From Candidatus Hydrogenedentota bacterium (GTDB lineage Bacteria; Hydrogenedentota; Hydrogenedentia; Hydrogenedentales; SLHB01): a DNA stretch of 24,258 nt. The translations under genes and the position numbers were made by a program. Location of the stretch: the NCBI GenBank assembly GCA_034408725.1, contig JAWXCN010000013.1:1-24258 (forward strand). The letters run 5' to 3'. The notes beneath the pieces were generated by a model. The model was not told where the DNA came from. It saw only the letters and a list, made by a program, of their open reading frames with translations, and searched no databases. The stretch's first letter is position 1. Each line of letters begins with the position of its first letter. Positions 8,541 through 16,051 of this stretch are shown here, piece by piece.

Positions 8541-8984
8541 ATGTCGGCTTCAGCAGCTTCGTACGGCGCATACAAACGCGCGGACGTCGAGACGGCCTCG
8601 CAGGGCAAAATTATCGTGATGCTCTTCAACGGCGCAATCCAGCGCGCGGAAGAAGCCAAGCGGCAATTGTCGAAAGGACGGACCGAAGGCGTTCACAATA
8701 ACCTCATCCGCGCGCAGGACATCGTCGGCGAATTGCGCCACTCGCTCAACATGAAAGCGGGCATCGCAAAACAACTCGACCGTGTCTACGAATATTTTCA
8801 GCACCTCCTGATCACTGCGAACATCCGCAAGGAATGCGCCCCGCTCGAAGAGGTCATCAAACACCTCACCGGCATGCGCGACACCTGGCACGAAGCGTTT
8901 GGCATCGTCGCCAAAGAACAAGCCACCGCACACCCGAATCCGTCCACGCCACAAAAAGTCTCCCTCATCAATATCCAGGGCTAA
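8541..8984 (+). CDS. fliS: Flagellin export chaperone
   Basis: YKRADVETASQGKIIVMLFNGAI..HNNLIRAQDIVGELRHSLN..LDRVYEY..MRDTW; RBS AGGAGG upstream of ATG 8541. Confidence 0.96.
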   Translation: MSASAASYGAYKRADVETASQGKIIVMLFNGAIQRAEEAKRQLSKGRTEGVHNNLIRAQDIVGELRHSLNMKAGIAKQLDRVYEYFQHLLITANIRKECAPLEEVIKHLTGMRDTWHEAFGIVAKEQATAHPNPSTPQKVSLINIQG

Positions 8985-9003
8985 TCACTCACGCCCGGTT
9001 CCC

Positions 9004-9044
9004 GCGCTCCCGCGCTTAGTTCACGCGGGAGCGCATCTTTTTTT
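9004..9044 (+). terminator. Rho-independent terminator after fliS
   Basis: GCGCTCCCGCG/9-nt loop/CGCGGGAGCGC then ATCTTTTTTT. Confidence 0.9.
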
Positions 9045-9086
9045 AGGGTTTGTCCCAACAGCGCCCAAGTGACAGTCCCCTTCCCC

Positions 9087-9158
9087 GTTGTGGCCGGTCT
9101 CCCCGAACCGCGCCACAACTCAATAGTAGACCGGCCACAGCTGAATAGAAGACCGGCC
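9087..9158. repeat. Overlapping inverted and direct repeats (REP-like remnant)
   Basis: TGTGGCCGGTCT (9089-9100) is the inverse of AGACCGGCCACA (9128-9139); GTTGTGGC/GCCACAAC (9087/9112); direct repeat AATAG(T/A)AGACCGGCC at 9122 and 9144. Confidence 0.6.
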
Positions 9159-9183
9159 CCAGCGGGAAAAGCGCGAAAATCAC

Positions 9184-9217
9184 TTGACAATATTCTGTAT
9201 ATACGCTATATATACAG
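9184..9217 (+). promoter_or_regulatory. sigma70 promoter overlapped by a GntR/YtrA-type palindromic operator
   Basis: TTGACA (9184-9189)-N17-TATATA (9207-9212); perfect palindrome CTGTATATA-N5-TATATACAG (9195-9217) ending just before the ATG. Confidence 0.85.
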
Positions 9218-9218
9218 C

Positions 9219-9635
9219 ATGAGACTTCGCTCGACCCAAAAACTGCTGCTGCCCCCGATCTCCTCCGCAGCCCCCGGCCCGCTATACCAGCAAGTCGTCG
9301 ACGGCCTCAAACGGGAGATTGTCGAAGGGCGGCTCAAGCCCGGCTCCGCGCTCCCCTCATTCCGCGCACTAGCCGAAGACCTCCTCGTCAGCGTCATCAC
9401 CGTCAAACGCGCCTATGAAGAACTCGAACGCGAAGGCATCATCTACCGCAAACAAGGCCTCGGCACCTTCGTCGCCGACGAAGGCGACGCCATTACCCGC
9501 GAAGCCAAACGCGGTGAAGCCGAACAAGGACTCCGAGACGCCATCCAGAAATGCATCGACGCGGGTATGTCGGAGGAAGAGATTGTGGACGTGGTGGACG
9601 GTGTGGACGCGCTTCACCATGGAGCGGGGCGATGA
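9219..9635 (+). CDS. GntR family transcriptional regulator, YtrA subfamily
   Basis: PLYQQVVDGLKREIVEGRLKPGSALPSFRALAEDLLVSVITVKRAYEELEREGII..QGLGTFV winged HTH, short C-terminal domain, heads an ABC operon. Confidence 0.95.
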   Translation: MRLRSTQKLLLPPISSAAPGPLYQQVVDGLKREIVEGRLKPGSALPSFRALAEDLLVSVITVKRAYEELEREGIIYRKQGLGTFVADEGDAITREAKRGEAEQGLRDAIQKCIDAGMSEEEIVDVVDGVDALHHGAGR

Positions 9636-10906
9636 GACGCCCCGTGATAGATCCCTTCTACTATGAGTACGCAAAAAGACAACGTGGCGCGCTCGCATTG
9701 GCTTCGTTCGTGGCGTTGTTGGCCACAAGTTTGTACTTCGACATTTTTACCAAAGAGTTGAGTCTCGGCTGGACAATTACTTACAGGGCGACGTTTCTCG
9801 GAATGGCGTTGTTTGCGCCAAATTTTGCCGGCATTAATAAAGACGTATTGCGCGTGTTGCGGGCGTTACCTGTCTCGCCGCAAAAAATTGCGAAAACGTT
9901 CTGGACGATGTCCTGTATTGGGTATCCCACTATTCTGAGCGGAATCGCCATTGTCTACGCGTATTTTTTAGATGCACCGTCATCCGGCTGGATACTTGCC
10001 GGCGTGATCTGGACCCTGTGCGCGATTACGACGGCGGTGAACACGGAAATACTCAGGGGCCGAGGATGCTTTATCGCGGTTGCGATTGTAGGTGCGCTGT
10101 TGTTTCAAGTGCCCACGCACCCTCAGGATGTGGGAATCATCCAGATCGGGATATTTTTGCTCGCCCTAGCGTCACTGCCCGTTTCATTTCGACGTTGCGA
10201 AAAACTTCTTCCCGATTTCCTTGCGTCAAGCGAACCACTGTTCGACGACGAGTTGATAGCAACGCCGGAGTCACGTTCGGTCGTGCTTACCGTGAAGGCT
10301 AAGGAAGCGGTTCGAGACGCTTTTCTGAATATTGTGCTGTGCGCGATTGTCGTGGCATATCTTTCCAATCACGGCGTTTTTTCTATTGATGAGGGCATCC
10401 CGGTTTCTCCCTTCGTTGTGTTGTTAGCGTCGATTTCTCTATTTGGAGTAGTCGCCGCAGTCCAAGATATAAAGTTCGACCTCGAAAGCGGCGTTTACCG
10501 AGTCCACCGCATACTGCCAATCTCATCTTTCAGGCTAGCTCAAATCGTACTGATGCACGCTTTGGTGTACCTGGGAATTGTCGCGGTGGTTGGCGTAGTC
10601 ATGACCGTTTATCTGAATAGTACTCGAGTATTCTTCATTGCATGGATAATTGGCACCACGGGGACAATGTTAATCGCCGCGGCGTGTACCTTGGGTTTTG
10701 CTTTTGGTGCAAACAAGCCTTTGCGACTCATCATGGCCACCGTGCCGCTCGCTTTCGCAGTCGCAGAGGTCGTATTGGTCTGGTTACGCCAATATGCCGT
10801 AGCATCCGCATTTGGGTTGGTCCTTGCCGCACTCGGAACAGTGAGCGTATATCATTTGATTTCTCGCGGAACCGTGCCCTACCGCACGTACGGAATCACG
10901 CAATGA
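9632..10906 (+). CDS. Polytopic membrane protein, putative ABC-2-type permease (paralogue 1)
   Basis: ATGA overlap with gntR; about 12 hydrophobic segments in two halves; LRALPVS and HRILPIS motifs. Confidence 0.7.
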   Translation: MRRPVIDPFYYEYAKRQRGALALASFVALLATSLYFDIFTKELSLGWTITYRATFLGMALFAPNFAGINKDVLRVLRALPVSPQKIAKTFWTMSCIGYPTILSGIAIVYAYFLDAPSSGWILAGVIWTLCAITTAVNTEILRGRGCFIAVAIVGALLFQVPTHPQDVGIIQIGIFLLALASLPVSFRRCEKLLPDFLASSEPLFDDELIATPESRSVVLTVKAKEAVRDAFLNIVLCAIVVAYLSNHGVFSIDEGIPVSPFVVLLASISLFGVVAAVQDIKFDLESGVYRVHRILPISSFRLAQIVLMHALVYLGIVAVVGVVMTVYLNSTRVFFIAWIIGTTGTMLIAAACTLGFAFGANKPLRLIMATVPLAFAVAEVVLVWLRQYAVASAFGLVLAALGTVSVYHLISRGTVPYRTYGITQ

Positions 10907-12321
10907 ACACGCGCGCGCCAAATCTGGTGAAAATACTGCGATTTTACCTCCTGGTCTTCAGAAAATCCGCAGGTTGGCTGCTTTGGCCAGCAATAATTTA
11001 TGTTGAGCTGGGCAGGTCACTCTCATTTGGCGAAACCACCGGCAGCGGGCTCGAACAGGTTCCGATCCTCGTATCTACGGTCGCTATCATTTTCGGAGCA
11101 TTTTTCGTGCTGGTTGGATGCGCTGTCCACTTGCGCTCGGAATGGATGCACGTCATCTATACGCTCCCGATTGAACGAAACCAAATTGGAACGCTGGGAT
11201 GGTTGTTTTATGTGCTGACAGTGCCAATCGCACAAACAGTGTTGATATACGCGGGATCGCATCGCGAGGAGCCGCATTCCTGGGCGGATGAAAACATTCT
11301 CTTCTACGGCGTCACATGCTTGGCTTTCCATGCAACCTTGTTTTCCGCGGCGACGGTATCCCGAGACCTGGGATCCCGACTGGCGTTCGTCATCGCCGTA
11401 ATGGCATTCGCGACTGTCCCCGTGTTGGTGGATGCCGTCTTCTTTCCGGGCATGCCAATCACCATCTCATGGTCGGTAATTGCGCTCGTTATTTCTTTCT
11501 TTAGAAAATCCCAACTAACCAATTTTGATCCTATTTCCCGGGAACTTTCCGTTGAACCTTCGATTCACGGTATTTCAGTGTCCGCCGAAGAGTTTCTTCA
11601 CAAGGATGTCATCCGTAAGAGCGTTGAACCGCCCCCATTGCCCGCTGCGCTTCGCACACAATCGAAGTCCGTCTTGAAGCACCCGGTCGAGGCGAATCCA
11701 CAGTCGTTGTCTCGGATTCCAATGCCGCTGCGAAAGAGATTTTTAAGGGTATGCACGCTCGGATGTATGTTCGGTCTTGCGATGGCCATTTGCCTGATGC
11801 CAAACTGGAGTGGACCCAACCCAAGAACGGATTTCACCAATCCCTCCGCTTGGGCCATCGCAGTCGCGTGCGCTTCCAGCATAGTCGCCATTATGTTGGA
11901 GCGGCGGCGATTCAATATATATAGAATTCTTCCAATGCCTGCGCACGGGCGATGTCTTTACGCGTTATTGGTCGCCATCGCGCCGGCTGTGCTCATGTTC
12001 GTCATAACCACGCCGCTCACGATCCTTGCATTCGACCTGAACATAAAAGGCCATGCTCTTGGAATGCTGTTGGCCGTAGGCATCGCAATAAGCATGCTTT
12101 CGATGGCCATTGTCACGATTACCGAAGCAAAGCCACACATTTCAGCAATTGCACTGAACATCGAGCTACCCTTTCTACAATTCGGTCTGTTTTCGCTCTT
12201 CGTTGTTATGACTTTTCTGGAACCTCTCTTCCAACGACTGACGGTTTATGCGACACCGGTTGTACTCCTGGTTGGTTGTGCGCATTTCTTCTTTTACCAA
12301 TACCGGCAGCGAGGTGTTTGA
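10903..12321 (+). CDS. Polytopic membrane protein, putative ABC-2-type permease (paralogue 2)
   Basis: ATGA overlap with the preceding gene; two hydrophobic halves with a polar linker; IYTLPIE and YRILPMP motifs. Confidence 0.7.
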   Translation: MNTRAPNLVKILRFYLLVFRKSAGWLLWPAIIYVELGRSLSFGETTGSGLEQVPILVSTVAIIFGAFFVLVGCAVHLRSEWMHVIYTLPIERNQIGTLGWLFYVLTVPIAQTVLIYAGSHREEPHSWADENILFYGVTCLAFHATLFSAATVSRDLGSRLAFVIAVMAFATVPVLVDAVFFPGMPITISWSVIALVISFFRKSQLTNFDPISRELSVEPSIHGISVSAEEFLHKDVIRKSVEPPPLPAALRTQSKSVLKHPVEANPQSLSRIPMPLRKRFLRVCTLGCMFGLAMAICLMPNWSGPNPRTDFTNPSAWAIAVACASSIVAIMLERRRFNIYRILPMPAHGRCLYALLVAIAPAVLMFVITTPLTILAFDLNIKGHALGMLLAVGIAISMLSMAIVTITEAKPHISAIALNIELPFLQFGLFSLFVVMTFLEPLFQRLTVYATPVVLLVGCAHFFFYQYRQRGV

Positions 12322-12362
12322 GATGCAATCCAGTGCGGAATCACGAAAAACTTCACCACCGC

Positions 12363-12540
12363 CGCGCGAAGCGCCTTGGAGTGCGGCGTGTCAGCGCCGC
12401 TTTCACTTCAAGCCGGAGCGACAACCTGTTTTATCGAGATCAACGAATTGGCGAAAAGCGCTTACTCGCATGCACTTGGTGGGAGCGCGTTGCCGAAGAA
12501 AAGCGGCGCTGACACGCCGCACTCCAAGGCGCTCCGCGCG
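12363..12540. mobile_element. 178-bp REPIN/MITE-like element, copy 1
   Basis: 41-bp terminal inverted repeats (CGCGCGAAGCGCCTTGGAGTGCGGCGTGTCAGCGCCGCTTT; 40/41 match) around a 96-bp spacer; second copy at 14095. Confidence 0.85.
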
Positions 12541-12638
12541 GGTTCCTTTGCGAAAGAATTTAGTGGAAACCTCGCGGAGACACCCCATCGTTCATCACTT
12601 ACTTCTAACAAGCGTCTCGATGTCGTGAAATAAAGGCT

Positions 12639-14024
12639 ATGGGAATTCGCGGCTTCATATCGAACATCACCCCATTTCACGAAATGCGTATGCTTGAGGA
12701 ACGGATGTTGCGACAACTGATGCCGTTCCAACGCGAGTTGCTGGGTTATGGATACGTGGCGTTTGGGTCTGCCGCAATTTCGACAGTTTTGGCTGGAATA
12801 GCATTCAGCTTTTCAAGCGGCAGTATCTATGCATTAAGTCTCGCACTATGGGCACCTCCGATCTTCGCGACCGGTATCTTTTGCGTAAGTCTCGAAATCG
12901 ACAATTGGAAACGCGCAATCCACACGCTTCCTATACCTCGATTGGCAAAACAAAACGCGCACTGGTGGGTATACGTCATAGTGATTCCCTGTGTGTATTC
13001 GATTTTTGCAAATTGTATTTTCGTATTCGCAGGCTATCGGGCTGGTGTCCCGTGGCCGTGGTATCGCGTGTTTGAGCTTCCTATCTTTTATATGACCATT
13101 CATGCGCTGTTATTTTTAAGTGTAGCCTTGACTCGACGATTGAGTATTGGATCGCAATTGGCCGCGACAGGTCTTTGCGCAACGCCATTCGTACTAAATT
13201 CGCACGCACTTTTACCGACAACTCCCATTTACTATCCGGTTATATGTCTGCTGGCAATCGCACTTTCGTACCGATGGCGAACCGAATTATTTCGATTCGA
13301 ATTTCAAGAATTCAGCCGGTTCTGTATAGCTCAACCGGTGAATGGTCAAAGTGTAAATGGGGAGATAGCCGATTCGGACTTTGACTTCGTGGCCGACAGT
13401 GCGACGGCGGTGGCGTGGGGACAACCACGTCCGTTTCGCGCGCAAATCATGACCAGGGCAAAACAGGCGATCTTGCTCACCACGTTCGTTTGCGCAATCT
13501 TGGCATTTGTGTTTTGGTTCCTAGGGGTGCAATTTAGCGGGTCGGTGCTCCCGAGTGTGACAGTCGCCTGCTTGGGCGCGATCGCCTCCAGCGCATCACT
13601 GAATTTCAATAGAACGCAGATCGCAAAGCCGCTCCGGGCTTCGCCGGTTTCGCGGGAATTCCTGATTCGATTTGTCGTGGGGCTGCGACTTACTGTCCCG
13701 TGCGCGGCCGGTCTGGGAGCTTCTCCCTGGCTATGGATAGTGTGGGACCAGCAGCCCGTTTGGATTGGCGCTGGAATACTGTACGGAATGGGGCTGTCGT
13801 TGTTGATTCTCGGCACCGCAGCAATACTGGTCGAGCGCAATAAAGAGCGCCTTTCGGATGAAGTTGACGACGACCCAATGACAATTTTCGGGATGGTCAT
13901 CATTTTGGCGGCGATTGCCGCGCCGTTCTGCTCCCGATACGTGTTTCTAGGCGCCGCGCCAATCGTGTTTATCGGTTCGATTGTGACAATTTCATTCATA
14001 TCCAAACGGTATAGCCTGATATGA
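12639..14024 (+). CDS. Polytopic membrane protein, putative ABC-2-type permease (paralogue 3)
   Basis: Two hydrophobic halves; IHTLPIP and LRASPVS motifs. Start uncertain (alternative ATG 12705 after GAGGA). Confidence 0.68.
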   Translation: MGIRGFISNITPFHEMRMLEERMLRQLMPFQRELLGYGYVAFGSAAISTVLAGIAFSFSSGSIYALSLALWAPPIFATGIFCVSLEIDNWKRAIHTLPIPRLAKQNAHWWVYVIVIPCVYSIFANCIFVFAGYRAGVPWPWYRVFELPIFYMTIHALLFLSVALTRRLSIGSQLAATGLCATPFVLNSHALLPTTPIYYPVICLLAIALSYRWRTELFRFEFQEFSRFCIAQPVNGQSVNGEIADSDFDFVADSATAVAWGQPRPFRAQIMTRAKQAILLTTFVCAILAFVFWFLGVQFSGSVLPSVTVACLGAIASSASLNFNRTQIAKPLRASPVSREFLIRFVVGLRLTVPCAAGLGASPWLWIVWDQQPVWIGAGILYGMGLSLLILGTAAILVERNKERLSDEVDDDPMTIFGMVIILAAIAAPFCSRYVFLGAAPIVFIGSIVTISFISKRYSLI

Positions 14025-14094
14025 GACACGAAACACACACTATACGCGCCAAGCAAAGATCGATGCGCAGCTACTTGAGTACCTCCACCATCGC

Positions 14095-14272
14095 CGCGCG
14101 AAGCGCCTTGGAGTGCGGCGTGTCAGCGCCGCTTTCACTTCACGCCGGAGCGACAACCTGTTTTATCGAGATCAACGAATTGGCGAGAAGCGCTTGCTGG
14201 CATGTACCCGGTGGGAGCGCGGTTCCGAAGAAAAGCGGCGCTGACACGCCGCACTCCAAAGCGCTCCGCGCG
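14095..14272. mobile_element. 178-bp REPIN/MITE-like element, copy 2
   Basis: Same length and orientation as copy 1, about 10 substitutions by manual comparison; terminal inverted repeats 39/41. Confidence 0.85.
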
Positions 14273-14313
14273 CGTTCCCGTAGTTTTCGTGAGGACACGA
14301 GGCGAAGTTACCG

Positions 14314-14379
14314 CCCCGTGCTCCCCGTGTCCACGTGGTTTCTTATGGATTTCCCCGTGATTCCCGTGTCCCCGTGGTT
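14314..14379. repeat. Two tandem copies of a triple-CCGTG (9/8-bp period) motif
   Basis: ccccgtgct ccccgtgt ccacgtggtt (14314-14340) and ccccgtgat tcccgtgt ccccgtggtt (14353-14379). Confidence 0.75.
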
Positions 14380-14405
14380 AAACCTCTTAATGTGGAGTTG
14401 GCGCT

Positions 14406-15290
14406 ATGTCTGAAAACGCAATGACGATTCGCGGGTTGGTCAAGAAATTTGCGCGGTTCACGTTGGGTCCGTTGGACGTGACGGTCCCGAAGGGCGCGAT
14501 ATACGGGTTCATCGGGCCGAACGGCGCAGGTAAGACGACTACCATCGATCTTGTGATGGGCATGGGCAAGAACGACGCGGGCACGATCGAAGTGTTTGGG
14601 TTGGACCATGCGCGCGACGAGGTGGCGGTGAAATCGCGCGTGGGGTATGTGAGCCCGGACCTGTCGTTTGCCGCGTGGGGACGCGTGGGCCGCGCGATTG
14701 GGTTTGTGCGCAGTTTTTATCCGGATTGGGACGACGCGTATTGCGAAGACCTGCTGCGCCGGTTCAGTCTGAACGTGAACGACGCGATCGGCACGTTGTC
14801 GTTCGGGTCGCGCACGAAACTGAACCTGGTGATCGCGTTGGCACATCGGCCCGCGTTATTGCTGCTGGACGAACCGTTGTCCGGGTTGGATCCGGTGTCG
14901 AAGCGGGAAGTGTTTACGGACCTGCTCGACGCGGTGCAGGACGAAAACCGCACCGTTTTTATTTCGTCGCATAACCTCGACGAACTCGAACGGTTCTGCG
15001 ACCACATCGGCATCATTCAGAACGGCCGGATGCTGTTGGAAGGGCCGACCAGCGAGTTGGTGGAACGGTTCAAGATGGTGGATTGCCTCACGTCGAACGG
15101 CGCGCGTCCGCAGCAGTTCGAAGGTGTGTGGGTGCAACGGCAGGAGGGCGAGCGTTGGCGCGTGCTGCTCGATACGCAGACGAACGCGGTGGACCGGTTG
15201 CACGCGCACGGCATGAGCGATATTTCGACCGCGCCGGTGACGTTGGAGGAATTGTTCGTAGCGCTGATGAAAGACGATGCGCGTGTTTGA
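14406..15290 (+). CDS. ABC transporter ATP-binding protein (ABC-2 / YtrB-like)
   Basis: Walker A GPNGAGKTT, signature variant LSFGSRTK, Walker B LLLLDEP, H-loop ISSH; RBS GGAG. Confidence 0.95.
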   Translation: MSENAMTIRGLVKKFARFTLGPLDVTVPKGAIYGFIGPNGAGKTTTIDLVMGMGKNDAGTIEVFGLDHARDEVAVKSRVGYVSPDLSFAAWGRVGRAIGFVRSFYPDWDDAYCEDLLRRFSLNVNDAIGTLSFGSRTKLNLVIALAHRPALLLLDEPLSGLDPVSKREVFTDLLDAVQDENRTVFISSHNLDELERFCDHIGIIQNGRMLLEGPTSELVERFKMVDCLTSNGARPQQFEGVWVQRQEGERWRVLLDTQTNAVDRLHAHGMSDISTAPVTLEELFVALMKDDARV

Positions 15291-15384
15291 TGCCTACTAT
15301 TCAAAAACAGGCAATTCGGGCTTGGAAGAAGTAAAATTTGTCGTGAAATAAACGCCATTTTTACTTTAACAATCATAGGTTATT

Positions 15385-15813
15385 ATGAAAGAGCTAACTG
15401 TTTTATTGCTTCGAAGCGCTTTGGGAATTGCGTTTTTATCTGCCGTGGCCGATCGGTTGGGATATTGGGGCCCGCCGGAATCCCCGTTGACCGCTTGGGG
15501 AAATTGGGATCATTTTTCGCAATATACGAGTTCCCTTACTTTTGGCGCATCGGGAATTTTATTGCTAATCCTTGCGGTTGGGGCCACATTTCTGGAAGTG
15601 CTGCTTGGTATTTTTTTAATCCTGGGTTACAAAATAAAACAAACGGCATTTTGTTCCGGTGTTTTATTGCTAATTTTCGCAACAGGAATGGCGCTCAACA
15701 CGCACATTAAATACACGTTGGACTACTCGGTGTTTTCGGCCTGTTTTGGCGCTTTCTTATTGGCTTATCAGCCTTTCGGCAAATGGAGCGTGGACCATGC
15801 CATGAAAAGGTAA
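15385..15813 (+). CDS. DoxX family membrane protein
   Basis: LRSALGIAFLSAVADRLGYWG..WGNW..FLEVLLGIFLILG..GKWSVD pattern; markedly AT-rich. Confidence 0.8.
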   Translation: MKELTVLLLRSALGIAFLSAVADRLGYWGPPESPLTAWGNWDHFSQYTSSLTFGASGILLLILAVGATFLEVLLGIFLILGYKIKQTAFCSGVLLLIFATGMALNTHIKYTLDYSVFSACFGAFLLAYQPFGKWSVDHAMKR

Positions 15814-15952
15814 ACAGGTGTTTTTTATTGACAATCAATTTTACGAAGATGCCGAAATCCGTTCTGATGTTTCGCAGTTTGGGGAAAATTGTTGCTCGTT
15901 CCCGAACTCAATTCCCCAAAAACGCGGGCCGTTTTTTCGTGATGAAGATCGT

Positions 15953-16020
15953 CCACAGATTGCGCAGATTAACGCAGATTTAGGAAAAGAACAGCCGCAA
16001 AAAAACGCAAGTGGCGCAAG
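15953..16020. repeat. Two triple motifs with 9-10-bp period (CAGATT x3; CGCAA x3)
   Basis: ccacagatt gcgcagatt aacgcagatt (15953-15980); CGCAA at 15996, 16006 and 16015. Confidence 0.7.
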
Positions 16021-16051
16021 TTGGGCGAGTAAGTTTGAAAGGTAGTTAGAA

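Noticed and set aside
9069-9218. Longer GntR start, plus longer starts for permease 1 (9551), permease 2 (10642), fliD (6719) and fliS (8340)
   Set aside because: They overlap promoters or upstream genes; downstream ATGs have an RBS, ATGA coupling or family-typical N-termini.
12248-12633. ORFs 12248-12628, 12376-12633 and 14021-14413 with similar peptides (ECGVSAPLS..)
   Set aside because: They are translations of the REPIN element, not genes.
12363-14272. CRISPR array or integron attC cassettes
   Set aside because: Only two long copies separated by a full gene; no regular repeat-spacer period, no cas or intI gene, and no RYYYAAC/GTTRRRY attC ends.
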